Virus record (IMG/VR): IMGVR_UViG_3300020048_000013
Length of the DNA stretch: 64,000 bases
Origin: an uncultured virus (IMG/VR IMGVR_UViG_3300020048_000013)
Taxonomy: Duplodnaviria > Heunggongvirae > Uroviricota > Caudoviricetes
Direction: 5' to 3' (one strand)
Each line of letters starts with the position of its first letter. Positions within the stretch are counted from its first letter, which is position 1. This document shows positions 17,758 to 28,131 of the stretch, piece after piece. A program made the translations under genes and the position numbers. The notes below the pieces were generated by a model. The model had not been told where the DNA came from and made no database searches. It saw only the letters and a list, made by a program, of their open reading frames with translations.

Positions 17758-18111
17758 TTATATTTCTTCACCGATAGATTCATCATCACCAGTATCTTGT
17801 TCATATTCTTGCGGAGATGCTCCACCAAGACCATCCAAAACTTTTCTCATAGAATCTATGTATTTAGTTCCGTTATCTTTGGTCATATAGTAGGTTTTTC
17901 CACTAACTTCAATAGCCAATACTTCAACTCCAGCCAAATTTGTTACTGTAAATGGTTCTGAAAATTCAGTTTTTGCGTCAAGATATGCTTCGAATATTGG
18001 TTTTCCAACTCTTTCAGTTGATTTTTTTTCAGGAATTATATTTTTCTTAACAGCAGGTTTTCCTGTTTCGTATAATTTTCTCAATTCCTGTCTTTCTTTA
18101 TTTGTTATCAT
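17758..18111 (-). CDS. Hypothetical late protein
   Basis: SD GAGGAG; TATAAATA at 18139-18146 upstream. Confidence 0.7.
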   Translation of the reverse strand: MITNKERQELRKLYETGKPAVKKNIIPEKKSTERVGKPIFEAYLDAKTEFSEPFTVTNLAGVEVLAIEVSGKTYYMTKDNGTKYIDSMRKVLDGLGGASPQEYEQDTGDDESIGEEI

Positions 18112-18141
18112 ATTACTCCTCGTTGTTATATATATTATTAT

Positions 18142-18561
18142 TTATAATTTTTTATTTCTTTTATTCTTCTTTTTTTCAACATTTTCCAAATGTTCTAAAT
18201 TATCATTCAATATATTTATTTTTTTAAGATATTCTTTTTTAAATTTTTTCAATTCTCTAAGCAAAATATTAATTTTTTTTATATCATTTTTAATAAATCT
18301 ATCTGTCTCTGATGTATCGCCATCAATATCGAAATCTAATTTTATATCACTGCTACAATCTTTTATTTTTATATTTGCTATAATTTTCTTTAATCTATTT
18401 TTATTACACAAATTTTTATCTCTACAAGATCCACAAACAAAATTATTATGACATTCTGATATATCAGCTTCCCATATTACCCAAGCAGTCAATTTCTTCA
18501 CCTCCGAATTTAAAAATTGTCTTCCTTGAGACAAATTTCTTTTTAAATATTTTGATTTCAT
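18142..18561 (-). CDS. Basic hypothetical protein (probable start MKSKY)
   Basis: Start overlaps the upstream TGA (ATGA); CxxxxxCxxCxxxxxC. Confidence 0.6.
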   Translation of the reverse strand: MKSKYLKRNLSQGRQFLNSEVKKLTAWVIWEADISECHNNFVCGSCRDKNLCNKNRLKKIIANIKIKDCSSDIKLDFDIDGDTSETDRFIKNDIKKINILLRELKKFKKEYLKKINILNDNLEHLENVEKKKNKRNKKL

Positions 18562-19469
18562 AATTCTTTTATCCCCACAATAGCAACTATTCCTACAAAT
18601 AAAGATAATATTAATATGAAAGTACATTTACAAAATTTCCAAATACTAACTAACCATTCAGGAATATCACCAACATCAGGAACTTCTCCACTCAAAAGTT
18701 TTATAATTTTACTATACAAATAATCATATGCTTCTTGTACTTTATCTCCAGTAATATTAAAAATTTCTATTAAAGATTGTAAAAAATCATCTACTATCTT
18801 CACTACAGGATTAAATAATTTAGCAAACCATTCTATCATTCTATTTAAAGCATCAGTCATTTCTGTTAAATCCAGATTAATGAATGGAAGCAGTATATCC
18901 AACAATTCTGTTATATACTTCATCACAAATCCAATAGAAGCTGTTAAAATCTTCACAATCATTCTGATAATAGTACTGGAATCGAATGTCTTCCAAAAAT
19001 CATCTTCTGCCAATTCTCTATATAATTTATTAGGGGGAAGCATTATGGGTATTGACGGCAGTCCGACGATAGGAAGTAGAATAGTGAAAGGTCCAAGAGG
19101 AATTGGTAAATTTTCATAAAAATCCAAACAGGTTTCCATTATCCATTTTCCAGCATCTGAAATAAATTCTATCAACCAGTTATATGCTGCGGTAATATCT
19201 TCAATTATTTCATTCAGTCCTTCCCAATCTCCTTCCAAAGCATCGGCTATAGCACCAGGAATTGATGATATTTTAGCATACGGAATAGCCATTTTAGCAA
19301 AAGGATATCCAAAAATTTTCAATAAAGCATCTTTTATGATACCATAATAAACACTCAAAAATCCTGGGGATGTAATACTTACATCTTCTAATCCCAGTCA
19401 GCCACCACATTCTGAAAATGGTTCTGTTAAAACAGGATTTATTATTGTATCAATCGAAGTTTCAAGCAT
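18558..19469 (-). CDS. 303-aa helical protein with in-frame TGA at codon 24 (C-G-G-U); candidate selenoprotein or readthrough gene
   Basis: ATG 19469 overlaps the upstream stop and is in frame with the 266-aa ORF; single TGA at 19400-19398 followed by a hairpin. Confidence 0.65.
19364..19397 (-). promoter_or_regulatory. SECIS-like hairpin immediately 3' of UGA
   Basis: CUGGG-AUUAGAA-GAUGUA-[AGUAU]-UACAUC-CCCAG; loop starts 18 nt after UGA with GU at loop positions 2-3. Confidence 0.6.
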
Positions 19470-19994
19470 TTTTATTAATCTCTATATTATCGTAACATAC
19501 ATTTTCTTCTATAAAAGGAATAGGAAAACTTACAGGACCAGCAAAACTATCTATAGCCACATCCATTACTGCTTTTAATTTAGTAAAACTAACAACTTTT
19601 TCAAATACTGGAGTATCTCCGCCATTAATATTAATCTGTAATTTTCCATTTTTAATTTTTATAATCATATNNNNNNNNNNCCATCCACAATGATAAGAGA
19701 ATCACCAACACACTTATCAATATTACCTGTAGTAGTCTTTGCTGAATAAGTTCCTGTAGGAAGTATTTCATAAACTTTAAATCTCTTGTCTGTATTATCT
19801 ATAATTCGAATAATACTATCTCCATCTAAATATTCAGATGCTATAACTTTTGTGTATTCAGATTTCTCTAGTTTATGATTAACTGGTTCTAATATATCTT
19901 TTTCTTTATTTAAATAACCATTAATCTTTTTCAATGGTTCATTTGTAATTGAATTTTGAACTACAGATGATATATTAGATGATTTACTTTCCAT
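19462..19994 (-). CDS. gp5 C-terminal (spike)-like protein; two track ORFs probably one gene split by the N gap
   Basis: IRIIDNT...YEILPTGTY...VGDSLIIVDG.MIIKIKNG resembles the start of the gp5 beta-helix. Confidence 0.5.
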
Positions 19995-20250
19995 AATTTC
20001 CTCAAATGATTTTTAAAATATTAAAAAAAATTCTTCCCCCAATTTTCCCCACTTAAAATTTTTCATGGTTCTCTCTTTCTGTCTTTACATAAAGTATTTA
20101 TAAAATTTTTTGACGATTTTTGTCATTTTTCGGAAAAAAAAGTAAAAATTTTTAAGTTCATTATTTTATAGCTAATTTTTTTCATTATTCACATTGCCAA
20201 TTTTTTAATTATATATTTTGTTATATATTCTTATTATTACGAGTTTTATG

Positions 20251-23200
20251 TTACTCTATAAAATTAACTATATATCCTTTTCTTGCCCAATAAGACAGAT
20301 TTCTGGAGTCTAATGGATCGGTTTCGTTAGACACATCCATCCTAAAAATATATTTTCCGACACCTAATGGTTTGAATTTATATTCACAGAACCACATATC
20401 GTAATCTTTTAAATATATATTGTATTTATTGTTAATAATCAATTCCGAAATAGAATCTATATCAATTCCGAAATTATCTATACTATATTCATCAGAAAAC
20501 TTTTTTCCCTTATATAATTTTTTTTCTTCACTCATTTCTCCACTCAATTTCTTGTTTGGAGAATTTAAAAAAGTTTCTATCAATTTTCCGTCTTTTGAAG
20601 TTGTGGTTGTGGTTGTTTTTTTTGTTGTGTTCGATTTAGAATAACAACCTCTACAAATATAATTTTTTGGTTTTGTTATACTCATATCTCGTTCAGAAAA
20701 ACTTTTACTACAAACTCTACATTTGAAATATAATTTTTTATAGCATGCTGTACAAATATCTTTTCCGTCTGGCGTTGACTTTTTAGCATGTTCAGAATCT
20801 TCGAGAGCATAATATCTCATACAAGCAGAACATTTATAATGTTTCTTTTTATAGCAAGCATCACAAAAATAAGTGCTGTAAAATTTTGATTTGTGACCTT
20901 TATATAATAGATTTTTATATCCACACGAACATTCAAAATAATATTGTTTAAAACATTCTTTACATACTTGTTCATGTCTTAAAGGAACATCTTTTATATC
21001 TTCGTCTTTTAGAGATTTGTCACATCTGTCACATTTAACAAAATTTTCAGATAAACAATCACTACAATATACTTTTCTATCAGGTCCTATTATGCTTTCA
21101 TCTTTATATAAAACTTTATTACAATTTTCACAATGAATATTAAAGTCAAATTCGGGATATGCTTTGTCATATTGCACAAACCAAGTTCCGTCTGTTATAT
21201 TGAATTTATAATATCCGCGTTCTTCGTTCCTATTTTCCGTTTTATTGAATATTGTTAATTTGCCGTTAATTTCTTTTCCATATTTAAAAGTATCCATGAA
21301 AGGCATTACTATAACTTCTTTTGCTGATTTATTAAAATTATAACTTATTCTTTTATAATCAATGTCAGTTGAATCATAATATCCATTTTTTCTAATCCAT
21401 TTATAAAATTGCGAATATACTATATTATTGAAAGGATAAATTCTATCTACGAAAGGAGCATCCAATTCGGGAATATTTTCCCATAATAAAGCTCTTCCCA
21501 TCAATTTTCCAGTAGTGGCTTCTTTCATTACTACGACTTTAATATCGTCTTGTATATCTAAAGATTTCAATAATAATTCTGTCAATCCGCTTTCCCTTCT
21601 TCCTTCCCAAGTAACACAAGAATCTACCACATCTTTATCATATAGTTCGATATACCAATCGCTTATTGAATCATATGTCTCAAAAATATATTCGACATCA
21701 TCAACATTAGATAATAATTTTAATTCTGTCATCATTTTTTGTACAACAGGATCAGAACCATCTACCTTAATTCCTGGAAATAATTTTTTTAATAAAAATC
21801 CAATTCTGTCTGATGTCATCTGTTTTCCGTCTTGATCTTCTACTTCAAATGTTCCCATTTCGTCTGTTAAATTTATAGATTTTACTATTTCGTCTGACGG
21901 ATAATCGTATCCATAAATATTTAATATTTCTTCAAACTTTTTGGTAATATTTACAGCTTCGTTTAATTTAAAACCAACAACATTTACCATTTTTTCTATA
22001 AGAATATTTTTTCTTTCGCCAGTAAAATAATTAATGGTTTCGTTTTTTGGTTCTATTAATGTTAACGATAAATATATTTTCTCGATATCAATCGGATTAT
22101 ATTCAAAATTACAGAATCTTATAATATCAAAAAGACTTCCTGTGATATTTGTGGTCAATACACTATGATCATCATATAATTCTAAATCGCGTTGTATAGC
22201 ATTTCTTTTCGAATCTTCTGTCATATTAGATATTCTGATTGTGTATATGCCTGGTTTGTCAAAATTTATATTAAAACAAGCATCACAACAATTTGGATTG
22301 GATATGATAACTGATTTATTAGGAACAACGTATCTAGGAATAGTGTTATAAAAATAAATATCGCAAAATTGACATTTATATGCATTTTCAATACAACATC
22401 TTTTACAAGAATATACTAAACCATGACTAGTTTTTATTTCAAAAACATTTTCTTTTTCTACATGCTCTCCACAATATTCACAAGAAATATATTTTTCGTT
22501 ATAACAATCTTCACATAGACATTGATCATCTACCCAATAACAATCTTCTGCCCATATTAATTCATTACAATGTTCGCAATATACAAAAGCATCATGCCAA
22601 CAATCTTCACAATAATATTCATCATTTAATCCAGTCAACATTATTTCTTGCGAATATTCTCTCCTACAAGCATGGCATATAAAAGTATCTTTGTTTTTAT
22701 TAAAAAAAACTCCTTTGGCTTTATCGAATGTATAAGTCGCCTCATCACTATCATTTGTTAAAATTAATTTTTCAGTATGTTCATCAAAAAATCCAAATCT
22801 AAAAGTATCCATATAAGGCATTACTTCGAGTTCTTCTATTTTTTTACCAGTATCAAAGTAAATATATGTATTTCCTCCGTCATTATCACCACCAGATATT
22901 AAAGTATAATCTCTATGAGATATCGATTCTCTGTAAAGATATCCGTTGCTTTTAGCCCATTTGGCGAAAGCATTATGAACAATGAGATTTGCTGAAGGAT
23001 AAGTTCTGTCGAGATATAGATTATCAAAATCATTTAATTCTCCAGCCAAATCCCATAATAAAGCTCTTCCTATTAATTCTCCAGTATCTTTATTTTTTAT
23101 TATTACTATACTAACCCTATCATCTTCGTCAAATGGTTTTAATGCATTTTTTGTAAATCCAGAATCTATTTTATCTTCATTAGTAACGCAAGAAGATAAT

Positions 23201-23541
23201 CCAATTTCCTGATGTAATTTTATATACCAATCGCTAATATTTTTATGAACTTCGAAATCATAGTTATCAGAATTTCTAATATATTCTTTGATTTCTTCAA
23301 TCATTTTGGTAACTGTTTTATCTCCAACAACATCCATATCTGGAAAAATAGTATTTAAAACCTTACCAATTTTATTAGTGTCATATTTTCCTTTACCAAC
23401 TTCATGAACAGTTAGTAGAAAATTTGCATCGACAGATGGTTTTATATCAGTTATTATAGAATCGTCGGGAATGCGATATCCATAGTAATCCAAAATATCC
23501 AATATACGATCATCATATTCTTCTTTTAATATTTTTTTCAT
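20251..23541 (-). CDS. Paralogue-array protein: two copies of the SCV/GRALLW/DRxYP/PxMDTF domain, each followed by CxxC repeats
   Basis: Internal duplication visible in translation; linker FKLNEA. Confidence 0.8.
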   Translation of the reverse strand: MKKILKEEYDDRILDILDYYGYRIPDDSIITDIKPSVDANFLLTVHEVGKGKYDTNKIGKVLNTIFPDMDVVGDKTVTKMIEEIKEYIRNSDNYDFEVHKNISDWYIKLHQEIGLSSCVTNEDKIDSGFTKNALKPFDEDDRVSIVIIKNKDTGELIGRALLWDLAGELNDFDNLYLDRTYPSANLIVHNAFAKWAKSNGYLYRESISHRDYTLISGGDNDGGNTYIYFDTGKKIEELEVMPYMDTFRFGFFDEHTEKLILTNDSDEATYTFDKAKGVFFNKNKDTFICHACRREYSQEIMLTGLNDEYYCEDCWHDAFVYCEHCNELIWAEDCYWVDDQCLCEDCYNEKYISCEYCGEHVEKENVFEIKTSHGLVYSCKRCCIENAYKCQFCDIYFYNTIPRYVVPNKSVIISNPNCCDACFNINFDKPGIYTIRISNMTEDSKRNAIQRDLELYDDHSVLTTNITGSLFDIIRFCNFEYNPIDIEKIYLSLTLIEPKNETINYFTGERKNILIEKMVNVVGFKLNEAVNITKKFEEILNIYGYDYPSDEIVKSINLTDEMGTFEVEDQDGKQMTSDRIGFLLKKLFPGIKVDGSDPVVQKMMTELKLLSNVDDVEYIFETYDSISDWYIELYDKDVVDSCVTWEGRRESGLTELLLKSLDIQDDIKVVVMKEATTGKLMGRALLWENIPELDAPFVDRIYPFNNIVYSQFYKWIRKNGYYDSTDIDYKRISYNFNKSAKEVIVMPFMDTFKYGKEINGKLTIFNKTENRNEERGYYKFNITDGTWFVQYDKAYPEFDFNIHCENCNKVLYKDESIIGPDRKVYCSDCLSENFVKCDRCDKSLKDEDIKDVPLRHEQVCKECFKQYYFECSCGYKNLLYKGHKSKFYSTYFCDACYKKKHYKCSACMRYYALEDSEHAKKSTPDGKDICTACYKKLYFKCRVCSKSFSERDMSITKPKNYICRGCYSKSNTTKKTTTTTTSKDGKLIETFLNSPNKKLSGEMSEEKKLYKGKKFSDEYSIDNFGIDIDSISELIINNKYNIYLKDYDMWFCEYKFKPLGVGKYIFRMDVSNETDPLDSRNLSYWARKGYIVNFIE

Positions 23542-26500
23542 ATTTTCATCTTTTTTATATTATCGATAGTATCATAATTTTTAAAAATTCTATTGAAATT
23601 TGCTTCGTCATATCTCTGTTTAAACAAATCCATCACGGATTCAAAACACGGTTTACAGAAACCATTAATTTCTCCCTGTGATTTGTAGTCTGATTTAGAT
23701 ATAATCAAATCTTTTATAGAAAAAGATTCCATACAATGACGACATTGTTCCATTGCTATATTGTCGCAATAATTACAAACAGTAGATCCATCTCTAAATT
23801 GAGAAATGTGGTACTCGACTCTACATTTTGTACATTTTTTGGCATTGGTTAGGATACATTTATCACAAATATCCAACGAATTATTTTTGCTTTTTAATGT
23901 TTTATAAAATTTTTTCATTTGGTATAATCTGAATACATTGTTACATATTGTACAAGTTTTAAATTTTTCATGATAACATTGTTCACAATAATAAGTCGGT
24001 CCTGTTCCAAACGCATCTCTTATTTTTATTTCTTTATTACATTCTTTACAAGTACTAAATAATGAATGGTAACATTTTTCGCAATAATCATTGCCGTCTG
24101 CTGTTATATTTTTATTATTTTGTCTATCATAAATATTAAGGCAATAATGACATTTGAAATATTTTTTCTGATAACAATCCACACATACTTTTTTACCATC
24201 AACAGAATAAACAGGATCTCTATCGCTATTCAACATTTTATCACAATCGGCGCATTTGAAAAATCTTAAATTATAACAATATGTACAGTATGCTCTATTT
24301 TCATGCATTACATAATCTTGTTTTCTGTTTGATGGAACATATGTATTACATCCCGAACATCTCACTGTTTGTGTTAAAAATGTTCCAGTAGGAGTTCTCA
24401 TTTCATTTCTAATATAATAATATCCTCTATCATTTCTGTCTGTTGGAGTGTGATTATAAAAAGAAATTGTATTATCTTTATTACTATTATCATAATAATA
24501 AAAAGAATCCATATATGGCATTACTCCAATTTCATCTTGAGTTTTTCCCGTTTCGAATCGCATTTTTCTCTCTCTGCCATTAATATCGCCTTCATTATGT
24601 CTCATGGCATCCATATGTAAATATCCTTTACTATCTGCCCATTTGATGTATAAATCGTGCTGTATTTCATATCCAGCAGGATAAGTTCTATCTAGGTATG
24701 AATTGGTTTTATTATCAGTCAAGTCGATTACATTATGCCACAATAAACATCTTCCAATATAATAATTTTTATGAGTGTCTTTAATAACAACTATTTGAAT
24801 ATTTTTATCAGAATCCATATATTTTAATAATTTATCTGTTACTCCGCTAATGACTCTTCTATCCTCTGTCACACAGGAACTAATAGGATGTTCTTGTTGA
24901 TTTCTTAAATATTTATACCAATAACTAATATCATCATATACTTCAAAAGAATATCTTTCTTTAGGAGTAACTAATGCAATAAGTTCAGCTATTAATTCTC
25001 GAACAGTCAAATCTTTGTCTATATCCATATTAGGATACATTAATTTTAAAGTCGCTCCGAATTTTTTTGATTTTTGTGTAATTAATTTTCCCTGTTCCAT
25101 TTTTTGTAATTGTAAAAATCCTTTTTCGGTGGGATGAGGATGTATAGATTTCAATATTTCGTCGTTTGGTTCTTCGTTATATCCAAATTTCGTTAATATT
25201 TTTTTGATTTCTGGAGCCATATCTACGGCTTCGTTTAAAGTATATCCGCAAGAGTCGAATAATTGTTCCAATAAAGTATTCATTTTTTCATTATTAAATA
25301 CTTTAATACTTTCTAAATTATATTTCTTTTCTTTTTCTGCCAAATCTTTTGCACAAGCAATACATATATCTCTATTTTCGTATTTTGTGGATCTGTTTAC
25401 TAATATTTTGCTTTGTTCACAATTATCACATTTAAAATATCTTTCTTTCCAGCATTTTTCGCAACACTGTCTATAGTTTGGTTTTTGTCCAACAAACATT
25501 TCTTTCGTCAGAGTGGCTTTTTTACAAAAATAACATTTAAAATAATTTTTATCATAACAAGCACGACATATTATTTTATTATTTTTGTCTCTAAATGTAT
25601 ATTCATTATCATACATTTGTTTTTTACATATATCACAATTACCTACAACTTCGGGTTCTTTTGCGTAACTTCCGTCACCATCGTAATCATCATCGTAATC
25701 ACCATCGTCGTGATATGCTTCATCTCTTTTGACAACATCATATCCACTTGGTTCGGTTAAATAATCTATGTTTTTTTCATTATCTTCGAAATTTTGTACT
25801 ACATATCCTTTATCAGATTTCCATCCATACTTAAAAGTATCCATGTATGGTAAAATTCCCATATCTTTTCTGCTATATCCATCGAATAAATAAGAAATAT
25901 TTCTATAAGAGGCAGATATCCATCTTTCTTTATCATATGACATACTTTCTCTATAATAATATCCATTAAGTTTTGCCCATTTTACATAGGCATTGTGGAT
26001 TATATTATTTTCTCTTGGATACGTTCTATCTAAGAATGGAGCATCAAGTCCTTTTATATTATGCCACAATAATGCTCTGGCACAAGGTTTATTTGTGGCT
26101 CGGTTTATGAGAATAACAATGCTCACATCGCCACAAGATTGCATTGCATTTAATAATTTGGAAGGAGCTCCACTATCAGTAACACAAGATTTTATTCCAT
26201 GATGCGTCATTTTTTTATACCAATATACCAAATCTTTACTTATTTGTACATCATAATCAATAACATTATTTAACGACAGCATTTTTAAATCGTTTATTAA
26301 ATACTGAATTTCTTTATCTTCTACAATGTTAATTTTTGGAAATAATTTTTTTAACAAAGTTCCAATTCTATTGACCGATATCGTATTTATTTTTCCTTTT
26401 GGATTTATTTCATCTACCTCAAACACTCCATCATTAGAAGTTAATTTTATAGATTTTATTTTATCATCGCTCGGCATTTTTGAATCATAATCATATTTCG

Positions 26501-26615
26501 ACAATGTTACAGCGTGTTTGTTCAAAATGTTTTGAAAATATTTATCCATTATAACAGATTCGCTTAAAGTAAAGTCGAATTCATTAATCAATTTTTCTAC
26601 TAATATTTTATTCAT
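23538..26615 (-). CDS. Paralogue-array protein: two domain copies plus CxxC repeats
   Basis: SCVT, RALLW/RCLLW, DRTYP, PYMD twice; TLSES and TLNEA. Confidence 0.8.
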   Translation of the reverse strand: MNKILVEKLINEFDFTLSESVIMDKYFQNILNKHAVTLSKYDYDSKMPSDDKIKSIKLTSNDGVFEVDEINPKGKINTISVNRIGTLLKKLFPKINIVEDKEIQYLINDLKMLSLNNVIDYDVQISKDLVYWYKKMTHHGIKSCVTDSGAPSKLLNAMQSCGDVSIVILINRATNKPCARALLWHNIKGLDAPFLDRTYPRENNIIHNAYVKWAKLNGYYYRESMSYDKERWISASYRNISYLFDGYSRKDMGILPYMDTFKYGWKSDKGYVVQNFEDNEKNIDYLTEPSGYDVVKRDEAYHDDGDYDDDYDGDGSYAKEPEVVGNCDICKKQMYDNEYTFRDKNNKIICRACYDKNYFKCYFCKKATLTKEMFVGQKPNYRQCCEKCWKERYFKCDNCEQSKILVNRSTKYENRDICIACAKDLAEKEKKYNLESIKVFNNEKMNTLLEQLFDSCGYTLNEAVDMAPEIKKILTKFGYNEEPNDEILKSIHPHPTEKGFLQLQKMEQGKLITQKSKKFGATLKLMYPNMDIDKDLTVRELIAELIALVTPKERYSFEVYDDISYWYKYLRNQQEHPISSCVTEDRRVISGVTDKLLKYMDSDKNIQIVVIKDTHKNYYIGRCLLWHNVIDLTDNKTNSYLDRTYPAGYEIQHDLYIKWADSKGYLHMDAMRHNEGDINGRERKMRFETGKTQDEIGVMPYMDSFYYYDNSNKDNTISFYNHTPTDRNDRGYYYIRNEMRTPTGTFLTQTVRCSGCNTYVPSNRKQDYVMHENRAYCTYCYNLRFFKCADCDKMLNSDRDPVYSVDGKKVCVDCYQKKYFKCHYCLNIYDRQNNKNITADGNDYCEKCYHSLFSTCKECNKEIKIRDAFGTGPTYYCEQCYHEKFKTCTICNNVFRLYQMKKFYKTLKSKNNSLDICDKCILTNAKKCTKCRVEYHISQFRDGSTVCNYCDNIAMEQCRHCMESFSIKDLIISKSDYKSQGEINGFCKPCFESVMDLFKQRYDEANFNRIFKNYDTIDNIKKMKI

Positions 26616-28131
26616 CTATATTTCCTCGAATATTTAATAAATACGTTTCCATCAATTTGTTATTTTTTATATGATAATCAAAGTTCTCAAAATTTCTATT
26701 ATTTTTAAAATCTTTCTTTTCTCGTTCGTCTTCATATTCCATTCTTTCCATTTCTTCTTTATCTTTTTTCTCTCTCGCCTTCATTTTAATATCACAAATT
26801 TCGCAATAATATGCATCATTATGCTTTACTGCTCTGTCTTTTTTAACAGCATAATTACACTCTTCACATTCGATAAAATGGTAATTAACAAAACAGTTTT
26901 CACAAATCACATCCCCGCTTTTTACATTATATAGAGCTTCATCTTCATCAGAAAAATAATAATTACAAACATAACAAAAATGAAGAGCTTCGGCGCATCT
27001 ATCACAATATGAATATTTACCATCTCTTGTTCTATAATAAGTTAGATGTTCTGTATCATAATCAATTTCACAGTCGTGACATGTATCATAACCAGCAGCA
27101 TCATAACAAAAAGTACATACTGAATAATCTTCTCCTTCGATATATCTCGTATCTTCGCAATAATAATCACAAACATAACACCTAACATGTTCTTCATAAT
27201 TCATACAATCACGATGAATTTTTACGATATCACCATCATAATTTTTAATTTTCATGATATCGTCGTCTGCTGATATTTTATTTCCACATTCAAAACACGT
27301 ATTTGATGATACTATATCAGATATATTTATCCCGCCTGGTTCATCGAATTTTTGATCATATTTATTATTTACCGAATGGTTATATAAAACTAATTCATTT
27401 TCTTCGTTAATAATACCAAATTTCATTGTGTCCATATAAGGAAGATAATATAAATTATCAACATCCCCCATATTATAAGATACTTTCGTTTCTACCCCGT
27501 CTATACGCTTTCCTTCAGGACCAGTCATTCCGTTTCTATAATGATATCCGTTCGATTGTGCCCAAGCTCTATATATAGAATTTACTTTTAAATCATTTTG
27601 CGGATATGTTCTGTCAATCATTGGAGCATCAAGTCCTTCGAGTTTTTCCCACAACAAACATCTTCCAACACAATCACCATTAAGAGTTTTCAAAATTACA
27701 ATTTTTATTCTGCCGTCTGCTTCTATAGATTTTAATAATTTTGATGCTCCGTGATCATTAACACAAGAAGATATTCCCCAAGTTTCTGATAAATCAATAT
27801 ACCATTTTGTTATTTCCGAACTGACTTCAAATTCATATTCAGATAAGTCTATATGTTCATTATTTTCATTAGGATCCAAATTTTTTATATCGACCATCAT
27901 AGATTCGACTTCTTGATTTCCTATCAAATTGATTTCGGGAATAATTTCTTTTAATATCTTTCCAATTTTATCAATTTTATATATCTTATGCCTTCCATTT
28001 TCTAATCTCGTTACTCTAAGAGCATTTCCGTCAGGATGAATATTTATCGAAATTATATTAGTATCAATATTATCATAGACAACATATCCATATTTGTTTA
28101 TAATTTTTAATATTCTTTTATCTATAATCAT
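26608..28131 (-). CDS. Paralogue-array protein: one domain plus CxxC repeats
   Basis: SSCVN, GRCLLW, DRTYP, LPYMDT. Confidence 0.8.
   Translation of the reverse strand: MIIDKRILKIINKYGYVVYDNIDTNIISINIHPDGNALRVTRLENGRHKIYKIDKIGKILKEIIPEINLIGNQEVESMMVDIKNLDPNENNEHIDLSEYEFEVSSEITKWYIDLSETWGISSCVNDHGASKLLKSIEADGRIKIVILKTLNGDCVGRCLLWEKLEGLDAPMIDRTYPQNDLKVNSIYRAWAQSNGYHYRNGMTGPEGKRIDGVETKVSYNMGDVDNLYYLPYMDTMKFGIINEENELVLYNHSVNNKYDQKFDEPGGINISDIVSSNTCFECGNKISADDDIMKIKNYDGDIVKIHRDCMNYEEHVRCYVCDYYCEDTRYIEGEDYSVCTFCYDAAGYDTCHDCEIDYDTEHLTYYRTRDGKYSYCDRCAEALHFCYVCNYYFSDEDEALYNVKSGDVICENCFVNYHFIECEECNYAVKKDRAVKHNDAYYCEICDIKMKAREKKDKEEMERMEYEDEREKKDFKNNRNFENFDYHIKNNKLMETYLLNIRGNIDE

Noticed and set aside
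19995..20250. Long AT-rich intergenic gap as a replication origin
   Set aside because: No iterons or convincing repeats visible; only a late promoter motif can be supported
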